This document shows, piece after piece, positions 1 to 12,119 of a DNA stretch of 64,000 nucleotides. Source of the DNA: Fistulifera solaris (lineage: Eukaryota); assembly GCA_030295235.1 (NCBI GenBank), contig AP026128.1:930001-994000 (forward strand), written 5' to 3'. Below the pieces are notes generated by a model. That model saw nothing but the letters and a program-made list of their open reading frames with translations. It searched no databases and was not told where the DNA came from. The position numbers were made by a program, and so were the translations under genes. Each line of letters starts with the position of its first letter. The first letter of the stretch is position 1.

Positions 1-355
1 AAGACTCAAAACTCAAATGACTGGAAAAGGTATCTGTATTAGGTAAAGTGTACACAACTTTTTCTAAAAAAGACTACTCAGAAATCAGAAGTTACTCCGG
101 TCTACAAACACACTTTAAACGTCACAGTACACGTGGGCGTAAATATGAATTAATTACGGGAAAGAACATGGCGATGACCGATTGCCCACGCCAATCGACA
201 ATACCTGGTAAAATAATGCTCCGCGATCTCCGATTCTCATGAAACTCCGAACGAATAAAGCTTTGCTTTCCTCTTTAACCTCCTTTCCTTCACAGCTACA
301 TCACAATCCGTAATTTGCCGAGTTACGACGCCACAAGAGTGGATCCGACTCGACC

Positions 356-3300
356 ATGTCCTCTTCAAGCATCGCCAGCGGTCGAACAAGGCATCCATCG
401 TTGCCGAAAACATTGCTTGATGATGAAGCAGATGCAAGAGTAAAGGTTGTTGATCGCCTCTTCAAAAAAGGCGCTTTGATAGGCGCAGCAATTTGGTTGT
501 TGTTGCTCTTCTTGGTCCTCCGTTATTCGCCAATCGATAGCTATGAAGAACCGTGGGGGCTGGAGCAGGCTACGCATTTCATCGTCTGGGTTGTTCTGTG
601 CGCATCGAATGGATCAAGAATAGTCCCCCTTCTTCTCCGCGAAATGGATCTCAGCTTTATAAAAGTGGTTTTCTCGCAAGCGCCCTTTCTGTGCAAGCAA
701 TTGCCATTGTTTCCAATTTCATCATGTGGTATTTTCCGAGTCCAGTGTTGATAGATGAGTACAGTGGCTTGCGGTTTCACATGGTGCGCTGGGCAGAGTG
801 GACAGCCTTGGCATTTATTATGACGTTTTTGACGTGTAATTTGCAAGCAGCTGTCCAGCAAGGAGAGGGGAAAGTGAATTTTGTCTATCCCACATTGCTG
901 GCATTGAGTACGTTTTGCGGGATGCTTTTTCCACTTTGTCGTGATGCTACTTCATGGTGGATCGTTATGACAGTCGCGTGGCTTTGTTTCAATGCAATCT
1001 ACGTCCTCGTCTATCGACGAAGGTCAGTTTATTATCTTCACAAAATAACTTTCGAAGACGCGACAGTTTCATTACCACACGAAGCAAACATCGACCTCTC
1101 TCGATCTGCATATAATCTGGCGCTAGCTTGCGCATCGACGTGGACGATGCTCTCCGTTGTCTTTACATTCATGTGCTTTACGAACAAGCTTGCCCCGACC
1201 GACAGCTGGCTGAATCATCCTGCAAATCCAGTAGTATTCACCACGTTTTTCGAGATTGTATCCAAGGTCATTTACCTGAGTTGCATCTTTGAAACGTACG
1301 ACAAGGTGTTTGACCAGAAAGCTATCGCATTTCGCCGTCTAGAAGAAATGAGGAATTTCATGTGTGCGGTGTGGGCGTCGTCGTCAGATGCCATTGTTTA
1401 CGTGCTGGATGGGAACGATCATATCAGCGCCAGGATCAGTCCTGCGTTCCTTAAGTTGATTGGGGTGACCAGCGGAAGGGCTTGTTCTCTTTTGGGACGA
1501 GGGGATGTTTCTTTGATTATCGATATATCACCGAGCAAGAGTTCCTTTACTGTCTTCGCCATGGACTTGACGAAAGAAGTAACACGCGAGGACGTGACGA
1601 ATGCCCTTAATGCGAAGAAGTTCCTCTTTGAGCAAACAGAAGACGTGACGGTCGACGAAGCAAACATTGTGGCAGTCGCTGAGTTGATACTTCACGAGAC
1701 CAAGATACCCGGACAAACCATGAAAGTCTTTCACAAGATCGAACATGACCTGAGAGTGAGCATTCCGTGCGAGGCGACAGTGGCTAATCTTGAAGGCAAT
1801 AGCAGAGTGGTTGTTCTTCGCGACATTTCTGATAGATTGCAGCGCTTTGAAGCCGAAAAGCTACTTATTGAAGAAGTGACATCGCGAAAGAAAGATACCG
1901 AAGCAAATAACTTCACGCGGCATGAAGTAAAGAATGGCATCTTGGCCTCCATAGGCATTCTGGATCATATCAAAGAGTTGATGGCTCAACGAAGGGTCAT
2001 ACCTGGCAATCTAAGCGGCGTATCAGCCGAAGAGGAATCTCGTCAAAGGGACCAAGTTATCGATGCAGTGACCGAGCTCGATAGCACTCTCCATGAAATT
2101 TTAGACACAATACGGTATGAGGCTATGGCGAAGGAAATTGTTTACGGAGAGTACGCGCCAAGGAAAGATGCCTTAAATGTGCGTCATGTTTTAGATCCAT
2201 TGCGTCAGTATGGAGCCTCAAAAGGTTTCCTTTGCATATCAAACCAGACTTTCCTCGGGTGTGCCTCGACCGTCAGCTCCTTCGGTACATCTACCGAAAC
2301 GCTCTATCCAATGCATGCAGATATGGGCAGCACGATGGAACCGTTGAAAGCTTTGTGCTCTATGACCGAGGAACCCGTGTTTTCACCTTGAAAGTGACGA
2401 ACCTACCAGGAGAAGGTCACACTGAACTTTTGGATTTGGATGATGACCAAGTACGGAGTATATTCGAGCCAGGCGTGCGACTTGCTCAAAACCACCATCC
2501 TTTGCCAAAAACGCACAGGCTATCAACAAAGAATCATCGGGCAATGGCGCATGGATCATGCAGAAATGCGCAGAATGTCTCGGCGGATCGTGCAGTATGA
2601 AATTCAACGAGAATGGTGCAACTTTCACATTCGTATCCACAATCGACGCCGAAGAACGCCCGTCGCTGACACCGGACACCACATTCTGCCTTCCAGCAGG
2701 CACGTGGGGTATCTTCATTGATGACTCTGGAATCCAACGGAAGCTAATGGATCGATTTCTTGCTCAGGCAGGGATCGAGCAGTCGCGCCGAGTTATCCTT
2801 GGTGCCAATGCCGACGAAATTTACAGCTTTGTCGACACCGTAATCAAGCTTGTGAGCGAAAACCCGAATGACAAGTTTCTGCTGATTGCTGACGAGAATC
2901 TGGACATCGAGTTTGACGGCCAGAGGAACGCTACTGTATCCGGTTCCCTTTGTGTTGAACAAATCATAGGGAAGCTCGACACGAATTCGGAGAAGCGATT
3001 GCTTGCTCTTATTCGGAGCGCTAACGATTCGATGTCGGATCTAAACCTCTATAGAAGACGCTCCCACGGTTTTCTCAAGAAGGAGCCACTTAAAAGCGGC
3101 GGTCTTCTCGAAATAGTCAAACCATTTTGGACTGATCGCTTTTTGCAAGATTTTAGTGCCGGAAGTGAGCAAATGGCAATACAATCCTTAAGCGATACCG
3201 TACACGGGCCTTCTGAGGACGATCTACTTGATTCAATGCGGGTAATCAGAGCGCTTTCATTGGTTGACAGCGATGAAAAAATGAGACGAAGATGGCATCC

Positions 3301-3497
3301 TATCCGGGATCGCCTTCATGCCTTAAAAGGAGACCTTATGAGCATGATTTCAAAAGATAGACTTGTGGATGTTTTGAAACATATTGACAACTTCCTCGCG
3401 CATCCCACTTTTCCAGAGGGCTTTTTTGCTTGAATGGGAATTTGTGGAGCATCTCGTAGAGCGAACGCTCACGGAAAACCTTATAGGACTTTCATAA
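356..3497 (+). CDS. Rhodopsin-histidine kinase hybrid (8TM rhodopsin-like domain, PAS-like, HisKA, HATPase, receiver, HPt); four homopolymer frameshifts near 662, 2222, 2529 and 3424
   Basis: Joins ORFs 356-751, 553-2391, 2232-2600 and 2558-3433. Helix C-like VRWAEW, helix G-like FEIVSKVIY, VVVLRDISDR, H-box FTRHEVKN, N-box IYRNALSNACRYG, receiver FIDDSGIQR and IADENLD, HPt-like LHALKG. Confidence 0.85.
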
Positions 3498-3730
3498 TTC
3501 ATAGAAGCTAGCCTTGCAAAAGTAAGTTGTAGACAAAATCACGATTTGTTCTACGCTCTGTCTTGATTGTCGTTTAGATTGTTGCAAAGTTATAGTTACT
3601 TCCCTCCGATGATCGAGATTGCTGGCTTAGGCTAGTGTTCGGACGAACAGATAGAAATATTGAGTAACTGTATCGCTTGATCGATTTTTCGGTGCTGTGA
3701 TGATTTACCACATGATTGAAGCGAGCCATA

Positions 3731-5418
3731 TCATTGCTCAGATTCTTCTTCTTCGTCGTCGTCGTTACCTCGGATCGTTTCGCTGTCCCATTCTTTTCCT
3801 GATTCCAAGGATTGCAAAGCGCGGTCAAGTAGTGGAGATGGAAACTTGGTGACGGAAAGGGGAAAGCCATAAACTTCACCCTTTCGAAAAGAATGAAAGA
3901 CGGAACCGCATCAACACCAAGATAGCGACCAAGTTCTTTTCCTATCTCCCCGGTCGCATCTGCTTGACAGAAAACAATATCCCTTTTTCCTTTCTGCAGC
4001 CGTGAAAGCCGCTGATATTGAGGCCGCAGATATCTGCATGTGCGACAAAATGGGGCTGATAAGAAGACACACCCAGTCAGTTCTCCATCAACGATATAAT
4101 CTTGAAGACCCCTTACGCCTTGAAATTGCAATATGTTGTGGGGATTTTGCTCTTGGCGTTCTCTGGCAGCGGCGGTAGCTTCACCAACAGGCTTCTTTGT
4201 ACGTGGCGTTCTGTCTCTAATGGGTGCATTCTTCTGTTCTCGAAGCATGTTCAGGAGCGGACTAGTGTTTCTCACGACCATCTCCCCCTCATCCTCTTCA
4301 TCGTGTGTTTTTTCCATCCAAAGGGAAAATGATGTTGTCGGAAAGCCAAACCGCGCATTCGATTCGATATCTCGAGGCCATGTGGAGCTTTCCCAGTATT
4401 CCCCCATCGTCCATCCTCGAACTGTGGCTGTAAAATCTTCTTGTTTTACTGTGCTGGTTGGAATTTTACTAGCTGGCCACGTGATACCGGCATTAAGAAG
4501 GGACTGAATGGTTGTCCCTAACTGTTTCGGAGCTGGCGGCTGAGGGAGTTGCGCACCGGCCAGTTTTTCCACGTGCGCCTTGGCTCGACCTGAACCTGAT
4601 AGCATACCCGCTTCGCTAAATAGTTGCTGCTGACGCGTAACAGTCGATACGTATTGCTGACAGTTGTGTCGTGACTTGAGCAAGTCTATCACTGTTTCCT
4701 CGGAAAAGGACGCCATCGACGGTGATTCGTCGCCCAGTGTATCCAACAAAGCGTCGAACTTTCCCAATTTAGCAGCAAATCCCATCTCATTCTCGGATGG
4801 AGGCATAACGTTGATATTGCTCTCACTAAATTTGAGTGCTTTCGTCGTGACGACATGGACTTGACACTTTAATGCAGCCAACGCCCGAGCAGCCATTTGC
4901 GCATAATCATTGCTTCCAATAATTGCGACAGTAATCGGCTCTGTAGATATCATACTGCTTTGCGAACTTCCTCCGATATCGGCAATAGTAGGTAGAAGAC
5001 AATGCACTGCAGCCCACGCAAACTGCATCGTTTGTGCGGCGAGCTGATCCGATACTTTCATAGGAATGCGAGCCACCGAGGATGGGTATAATTGCCTTGA
5101 TGCGTTATTGCGGAGACCTACAACGCGTTCACCTTCTTCCGTAGTACCTGTAGCGAAGCATAACGCCGCCGCAAAGGACTGTGTATTAATTAATCCTTCT
5201 TCCTTCAAGTGGCGTTCCATTGAACGCCATTCTGCGCCGTCGACGATAGCCCAGTATTCTTTATAGTTTATGTCCGTTAAAAGAACAGGAGCATCAGCGT
5301 CTGTAGACGAAGACAATTGTCTCAGAGCCTTACTTGTCGACTGAGACGACGATGACAGAGAAAACGCCAGAAGAGAAGATGGTAGCAAAGCCAACACAGC
5401 CAGTGCGCTTGATCTCAT
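3731..5418 (-). CDS. Probable plastid-targeted protein with a Rossmann/MDR-like middle region and a C-terminal thioredoxin-like domain; frameshift near 3888
   Basis: Signal peptide ending LLAF plus Ser-rich transit peptide; VAIIGSNDYA and FDALLDTLG; FLSAPFCRTCRYL...GVDAVPSF; corrected frame ends DDDEEEESEQ* at 3731. Confidence 0.7.
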
Positions 5419-6326
5419 AGTGAAAGGGCCGCAAGGCAGAATTTCAAGCGAAGATCCTTCTTAAAAGAAAGAGTTCTAAGACAGAGTGAAAGGCAATCCT
5501 CTTTGAATGGTTTGAGAAGCCTCCTTTCAATGGTGAGAAGCACTCCTGTTACGGCTCCCTCTCTATAGTCTAATGAGAAAGGAGATGTTACAGAAAGTCC
5601 GGAACAAATCTTTTGTCTCGCAAGAGAACGGGGCAGCTGCACCTTTTCCACTGCGGCGTCAAAAGTCAAAACCGAACTGATCTTCAACGGAAAAAGTGTC
5701 AACGGTTTCACTTCGAACCTAAATGTACATCATACACTTCACGCCAGACTATAAACTCTCCACGTAAGTTGTGTTAACGCTTTCTTAACGTCGACGTTAA
5801 CGAGATAAGGTGCTCGCATCCAATGAACAAAAATCTGAAAAATCTAGTGAGATATTCGAGATTCTGGATTACACGTTCTTGGATGGTTTTACGAGGCTGC
5901 TGACTTCAAATTTTGACCGATTAGCTAGGTTTACGGAATTCTTGTTATCGTTCTAGCCTACTGAAATCATGAAGGTTCATTAAGATGCTTCAAAGATTTT
6001 TAAACTGCGACGTCTTGCTTTCGGTTGAAAATATTGCTAACATCTTGCTTTCGCAGATCCAGCGAAGCCCTAGCCTCATAAGAATTTCGAGGTTCTTTCT
6101 TGATGAGTTCCTGCTTGCAAAGTAAAGCTTTCCTTTACATTTTACCTCTTCAGCCATCTAGTGAGTTTTTCGACTTCGGTTGCTAACGGCTGCTCTTGGA
6201 TGCACTCAGAGATTGATGTCGCTAGAAAGACGTCGAATTTCACCCAGAGAGATGAAAACCTCTTACCTTTTGATTTTTAAGCACAGTTGACAGCCAAAAC
6301 TAGCCATAACTTAACATCTCTTGCGA

Positions 6327-7042
6327 CTATCTGCCTCTTCTTGCTAAGGATATGCCAACGCGGTCGTTAGAGCCCGTCACGTGAAAATTCCATCCTTGTA
6401 TACCGTATTTCTCTCCCGCTTCTTGAAGATACGATTGTGTCGACAAAGGAAGACGATAACTCACGAGCACGTACGTCCCGTTCAAAAACATACTCGACTG
6501 TTCCATCAATCGCAGAATTGTATTATCCCAGTCATCACCACAGAGAAATGCATCCATCAAGCCTTTATCAATGATTGAAGCATAATAACCTTTTCGATGC
6601 GACAAAAGTGACCCCATCTCTAGCACATCACCACAAATGTAATCAAAATGTTCTTCTTGTGCATACCGTTTCTGCAGTATATCCATACAAGTCGAGGACG
6701 AATCCAACAGAGTGACTTGTCGTTTTCTGAAATAGTCCGGTAATCGAGAGTTGCCGCATCCAATCATCAAGATGGGACCGTCCGGAATGTGTGGAAGAAC
6801 ATCCGCAGGTGCGATCGATGAATGCCACTCATATACTTCGTCTGTTTGATTTGATGTTCGGTAAAGGTTTCCCATCCTCGTGAAGACGAGAAATCAAAGT
6901 TCTCAATTGAGGATTGTGGAGTTGTTGAAAAGAATGGCCCATGTGTGTACATGAACGAATGAGTCTGGCTTGTAGCAATCCAAGCGACCGCGTAAGTCGT
7001 CCATTGGACGAGTTGAATGGTAGAAAGATAATGCTTATGCAT
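6327..7042 (-). CDS. SAM-dependent methyltransferase (EEF1AKMT4/METTL13 N-terminal-like); frameshift near 6865
   Basis: W..FY, YEW, ILMIGCGNSRL and IIDKGLMDA motifs. Confidence 0.75.
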
Positions 7043-7495
7043 TTCCCCGGGGTTAACGTTAGATAAGCGTGACCTTTTAAGAACTTTAGGCGACGTTCGA
7101 TCAACCCTGGTTGTTACTCATTCAAGATCAACAACAATCCTCAACATTCACAATAAACCTGCTTGCGGTTACCTCATCGTCGTCGACCTCATTATTCATG
7201 ACTGAAAGTAGTCAGTCGTGGTAGCCTTAAACATACACTTCGGGTGATAGTAAATATTTTACTTTCTGTCATTAACTTATTCCAACCGGTCCGACGCTTC
7301 GTAAAAGGCGCGAGGGTCGTGATGATTTTCATCGTCGCATACAAATAAAACAAATATTGCGACAAACGAAAATAATGAGTCAACATTGTGACTGCTATTC
7401 TTAGTTATACAATACTAACTTTGCATAAAAGCCCGAATACAGAGTAATAAAACACAACGAAGTAAAGGGTCATGAACGAGAATCACAGCAGCAAT

Positions 7496-7965
7496 ATGTC
7501 GTCAAGACCAAGTTTCAATTCACAGCCCCAGCGGGTGGATTGTTCGGCGCAATTCACGAATTCCATCGTCGCCATGAAAGGTTAAAGAAGTTTGTGCACG
7601 AAGGGATGAGATATCCCTTGCCTCCTGCAGGTCGAGCATTTATGGGATTCGTTTACTTTTGTATCCCGGTGATGGGAGGATGTGCTATCATGGCTTGGAC
7701 GGCAGAAAAGTCAAAAGAATCGATCGGCGAACACGGGGAGCGTCTTCCTATTCCGGCTGGACAGAATCTGGGAAATCAACGTGTATTAGACGACGGAGAA
7801 ACTCAAAAAGTAGGTGCGGGAGGTTGGGGTGGCGGAGTGCATTTAGTTGCGTCGGATGAAGAGACACAGAAAAAGACACAGCGGCAGATTCGAAAGTTTC
7901 TTCGAATGCAAAAGAAGAAGATGCAAGAACAAGGAGACGACGCCAACCCGGATGAGACTTCTTGA
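7496..7965 (+). CDS. Small single-TM hypothetical protein; frameshift near 7527
   Basis: ORF 7540-7965 with hydrophobic segment FMGFVYFCIPVMGGCAIM; upstream ATG at 7496. Confidence 0.55.
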
Positions 7966-8153
7966 TGATGGACATGATTTCCCATTAGCGAATGGAATTA
8001 GTTAAGCGAAGGGATCATCGGTGATGGAGGCACAAAGTGCAATGACTTGCATAGATGAAATCCGATAAGTAGTAATGTACAGATACAAAACAGTTCAACT
8101 GCAAACAAATTTGCAATCTATAGCAACCTTTATTTCACCGTAAGCTACTTCAT

Positions 8154-9345
8154 TTAGATGCCCTCAGGAAGGAAGTATCCGGCCTTGGCGTAGTAGTCAG
8201 GAGTGACAAAGGCCGCCGATAGCTGGTCAACAACACTTACACCAGAGGCGTTGGCCTGGAAGATCAATCCAAGAAGACCGATCATGGCAAGACGAGCATG
8301 CTTGACTTCTTGAAGCTGCTTCTCGGCGTATTCTTCGGGAGTGTAGTTGAAGTTGAAGGGGTTCCAGCTGCCCTCCGTCTGTCCCCACTTCTGGGAAGCA
8401 CCGGCAACGTAATTGGATCCTTCCGCAAAGATGATGCGGATGCGGCGGAATTCAAGAATGGACATGAAAGCGAAGATCTGGAAAAGAGCGGCACCCGGGG
8501 CGGCACTGATGGCAGCCAGAGGGTTGGTCTCCGAGTAAGCGTCAACTCCGGTCCATTCGTTTCCGCCGAAAGTTCCGAATCCAGGGGCAATAAATCCGAG
8601 AACGGCAATCATGCAGATACGTCCGTGCATGAGTTCGGCCTCGCGGTACCAGGTCAAGCCATCAATGTTGGCCTGTCCAGCGAAAAGGTTGTTGAAGTAA
8701 GGGGCCATCAAGTCAGCCTTGGTGGAAAGGAAGCACGGGTCGAAACCAACATCTCCGGGCAAAGATCCGTCGAGCAAGGCAGGGGCGGATTCTCCAGGGA
8801 TAGCAGTGGATGGAACAGTTCCAGCCTATTGTGGTTACATTGCACGTAAGAAAAAAGGAAAGGGTTAGAGACATTTCGCTCATCAGGAAGGTATAAAAGG
8901 TCATCCGAAAGGATGCTACAGCTCAATTGGACCGTAATTTCGGCTGATTTTCTTGCTTCTCTCAAAAATAATCAACTTACCACAGATGCCTTTACAGGAG
9001 CAGGGGCCTTCTTGACCGGGGCGGCCTTTACGGGGGCAGCCTTCTTGACCGGCTTAGCAGCGACAGCCTTCACCGGGGCAGCCTTCTTGACAGGAGCGGG
9101 CTTAGCGGCAACGGCCTTTACGGGGCGGCCTTCTTTGCAGGGGCAGCCTTAGTGGCAGCAGCGGCCACAGGGGCAGCCTTCTTGGCAAAAGGGGACGAGA
9201 TCTTAATCGGGGCTTTGGTCTCAACCTTTTTTGTGGCGGCGGCCTTCTTGGGTGCGCTCTTCTTTCCCACGGCAAAGGTCATCGTGGGGCTGGTGAAGGC
9301 CGAAGCCATACCGACAAGAGATGTTGCGACGTAAAGGAACTTCAT
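8154..9345 (-). CDS. Light-harvesting (fucoxanthin chlorophyll a/c) protein with a long Lys/Ala/Pro-rich N-terminal extension; intron 8826-8980; frameshift near 9130
   Basis: MKFLYVATSLVGMASAF presequence; LDGSLPGDVGFDP, WYREAELMHGRICMIA, LQEVKHARLAM; phase-0 GT-AG intron joins in frame. Confidence 0.92.
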
Positions 9346-10628
9346 GGTTGGTTTACGGTTGCTAGAGATGAAATGCAATGTGAATGAATGCAACGGTTCT
9401 TCATCAAGGTCGGAGTACGTACAGCGTACAACAGACGCGGTAGAGCGAAAATCATTTGGATCGTTCAAGTTGAATTTCGAGGATCGAGGATCGCGAACCA
9501 GATTTGCCTGCGCAAGATCAGTATACAATAATGTGTAGTCTCGTCTGGTTAGACGGTCGACGGACGATCCAAACGGCGGCAATACCGGCACTTTCTGAAA
9601 ATCACCTACGTCATACACTCCGGGTGATGTTTGTGCATCGGCCACTTTTTGATGTTGCTCATGTTGATGGCATTTATTTCTTGCTTCGACCATGATAAAG
9701 AGAAAGTATCAAGCAAACATGAATAATCCGTTGTTGTGCTATGCGATAACAGGCTGAATGCTGCTGCGACCGGCCTCGGCCGACCTTACAACTGTTGTGA
9801 AGGGCGGTATTTGGAAGTGTCAGGCGGTGATGCGACTGACATTCTTGATGCGACTGACATTCTATCAACAACAAAACGGAGGTGCGTCACGGGCACGGTG
9901 ACTCGATGAGCTTTAAATACGGACAACAAAGGAACTAGGGACGATCTGGTAGTGGTTACTGGACGTCAAATTCCTTTTTACAAGGGCATCGACTGAAAGG
10001 CCAAAAGTATTTGTCGGGTTGGTCTATCTTCTACAGTATTTTTCGAGTAATGGCAAGACCCTGTCGACAAACTGATAATTTGTCTCTCGACCTTTGACTG
10101 TACCGCTTTGAGACTGGTTATCAATGGCTGTTCGTCGGCATCTTTTGTCTCCTGACACTTTAATTCTTTCTTCGCTTATCATTGAAGGCTGCTTCCAAGG
10201 AGACGAACAGAGACAAGCTTGATATTCAGGTTCACGCAACGAGGCGAAATGTACCCTGTTTACTGTATCTTGTTCTTTTGCTACTCAGAATGGACGTTGT
10301 ACTATTCTTGATTTACATGATGTCGTGTCGATTACCGATTAGTGAGCGGATTGTATCTTATCTTCTCCGTTTTTTTCTAACCGAGCTCAGACTTTGCCGT
10401 TAACTGCATGCATCGCCTTTTTCTACTACTATCGTTATGTTTATGGAACATTTCTTGAATGGATCTTCATTTTTCGATGTGCTAATAAGAGTCTCAAGGA
10501 AAAGGATGCATGCTTTTTCATTTGCAACGAGAGTCCATGTATGAAAACAAAAATCTTGAACTTGCTTACAAGTAGTAAATATCAATCTATAAATCATCAT
10601 TAAATCAACTAGTTCATGCTTATTCGTC

Positions 10629-11471
10629 TCAAATAATTCTTCTTGTCTTGAAGAAATGAACGATGTGAGATGCCTGGGTGTACCCAGTGACAAGAAGAAC
10701 GCAGAGCTGAACAATGGGCCAGTACATGGTAGTGCTGTGCATCTGCAGAAATTGTTGGTGCATGGCGGCGTCTTTATCTTTGGCAAAGTCTGCTTGCCTC
10801 GTGATCGTCTTCATGGTCCTGTCGATTCGATCCATTTCTCTCTCCATGTAACTCAAATGGTCATTTATGTCGGCGTCCTTTAGCAGAAACGAGGGAATTT
10901 CATCCAGCAGTTGCACTCTTAAACTAAATAAATGCATCTTAAACGCTTTCTCGCCCCGTTTTTTCGAAGGTCCTCGTATGCAGATGCTTGAACAGCAACA
11001 GTTTGTCAGGAATGACCGATATCATCTTTCTCTACTACGGCAGTTACTTACTTTGCGTCTCCCCCTAACTCCATTTTATGATAAACTGTACCATTGTGTG
11101 CGTCGATAATGACTTTTGTTGGTTTCAAACGCTCCGTCACGGGTGATTCGTGCAATTTTGTTCCAGTCACACGATTTGCTGGTAAAACATCAATTGTAAT
11201 TTGCGCGGCTTGACCTGACACATCGGATTCGTCTATTTCAAGGTCTTTAGAGAAATAATGACATTAGATGCAATCCGCTCGAAAGATACCACAAGCGCAC
11301 AATGCACTCACCTGGAGCTTCGTAGTCAACCATAAGAACAACATCCATCCCGGCTTCGACGACAACGCATTTCGTCCCTGATGTCTTCACCAGCAGAGAA
11401 GACATAGCTGATATGCGGACCGGTGATAGCAAAGTCCATGAGGCTGCTAGTAAGTAAGAAAATGATTTCAT
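10629..11471 (-). CDS. p24/TMED (emp24/gp25L GOLD) family protein, spliced
   Basis: Signal peptide, KCVVVE..DYEAP, coiled coil, YWPIVQLCVLLVTGYTQASHIVHFFKTRRII terminus. Confidence 0.85.
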
Positions 11472-12119
11472 CACTTCTTTTCGGATTGTACTGGTAATGA
11501 CAAGAATAATAACATATACATCGGTCGACACTCGACAAAAAATAAAAAATCTACTGTAACACTAATTCTCGACTCACGACTGGAGAGCAGTCGTGGCGAA
11601 ACACGGCAACACTTTGGTCGATAGTAAAATCCGGGAGACAACGTTTCGCAGGCTTACCGACAAATAAATTCAAGGCGCGTACATAAACGCTGCGAAAATA
11701 CTATTGAATTGCAAAAACGACAAACGCAGCTCAATTAAATTAGCCGAATTAACGAATTCTAGGTAACATAGTCGCTCGAAGACAATTGATTCATGACTGG
11801 AAAGCAGTCGTGGATAAGTTGAGATACACTTTGGACTATAGTGGATATTGTTGTCCATGGTTGCGGCAGACGGAAAATCTGCTTGTTTACAAATTACGAT
11901 GCTAGCCTTTTTCTTTTTATTTTTAATTTTAAAAAAAGGCTAATAAGCTCTCTCAAAAATCAAGAAAGACTAGCATCAGTTGCTTCCAAATTACTGTGTT
12001 CATTTATTGTCTTAAGACTTTCATTGTGCTTCAGTGCCACCTAATCTATGAGGTAAAGTGATTGGATAGTTCACAATGCAACTCGACTAACCCTGACGTC
12101 TCCCCAAGTCAACACCAAT

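Noticed and set aside
5785..5800. Perfect 16-bp palindrome TTAACGTCGACGTTAA
   Set aside because: About one such palindrome is expected by chance in 64 kb; single occurrence
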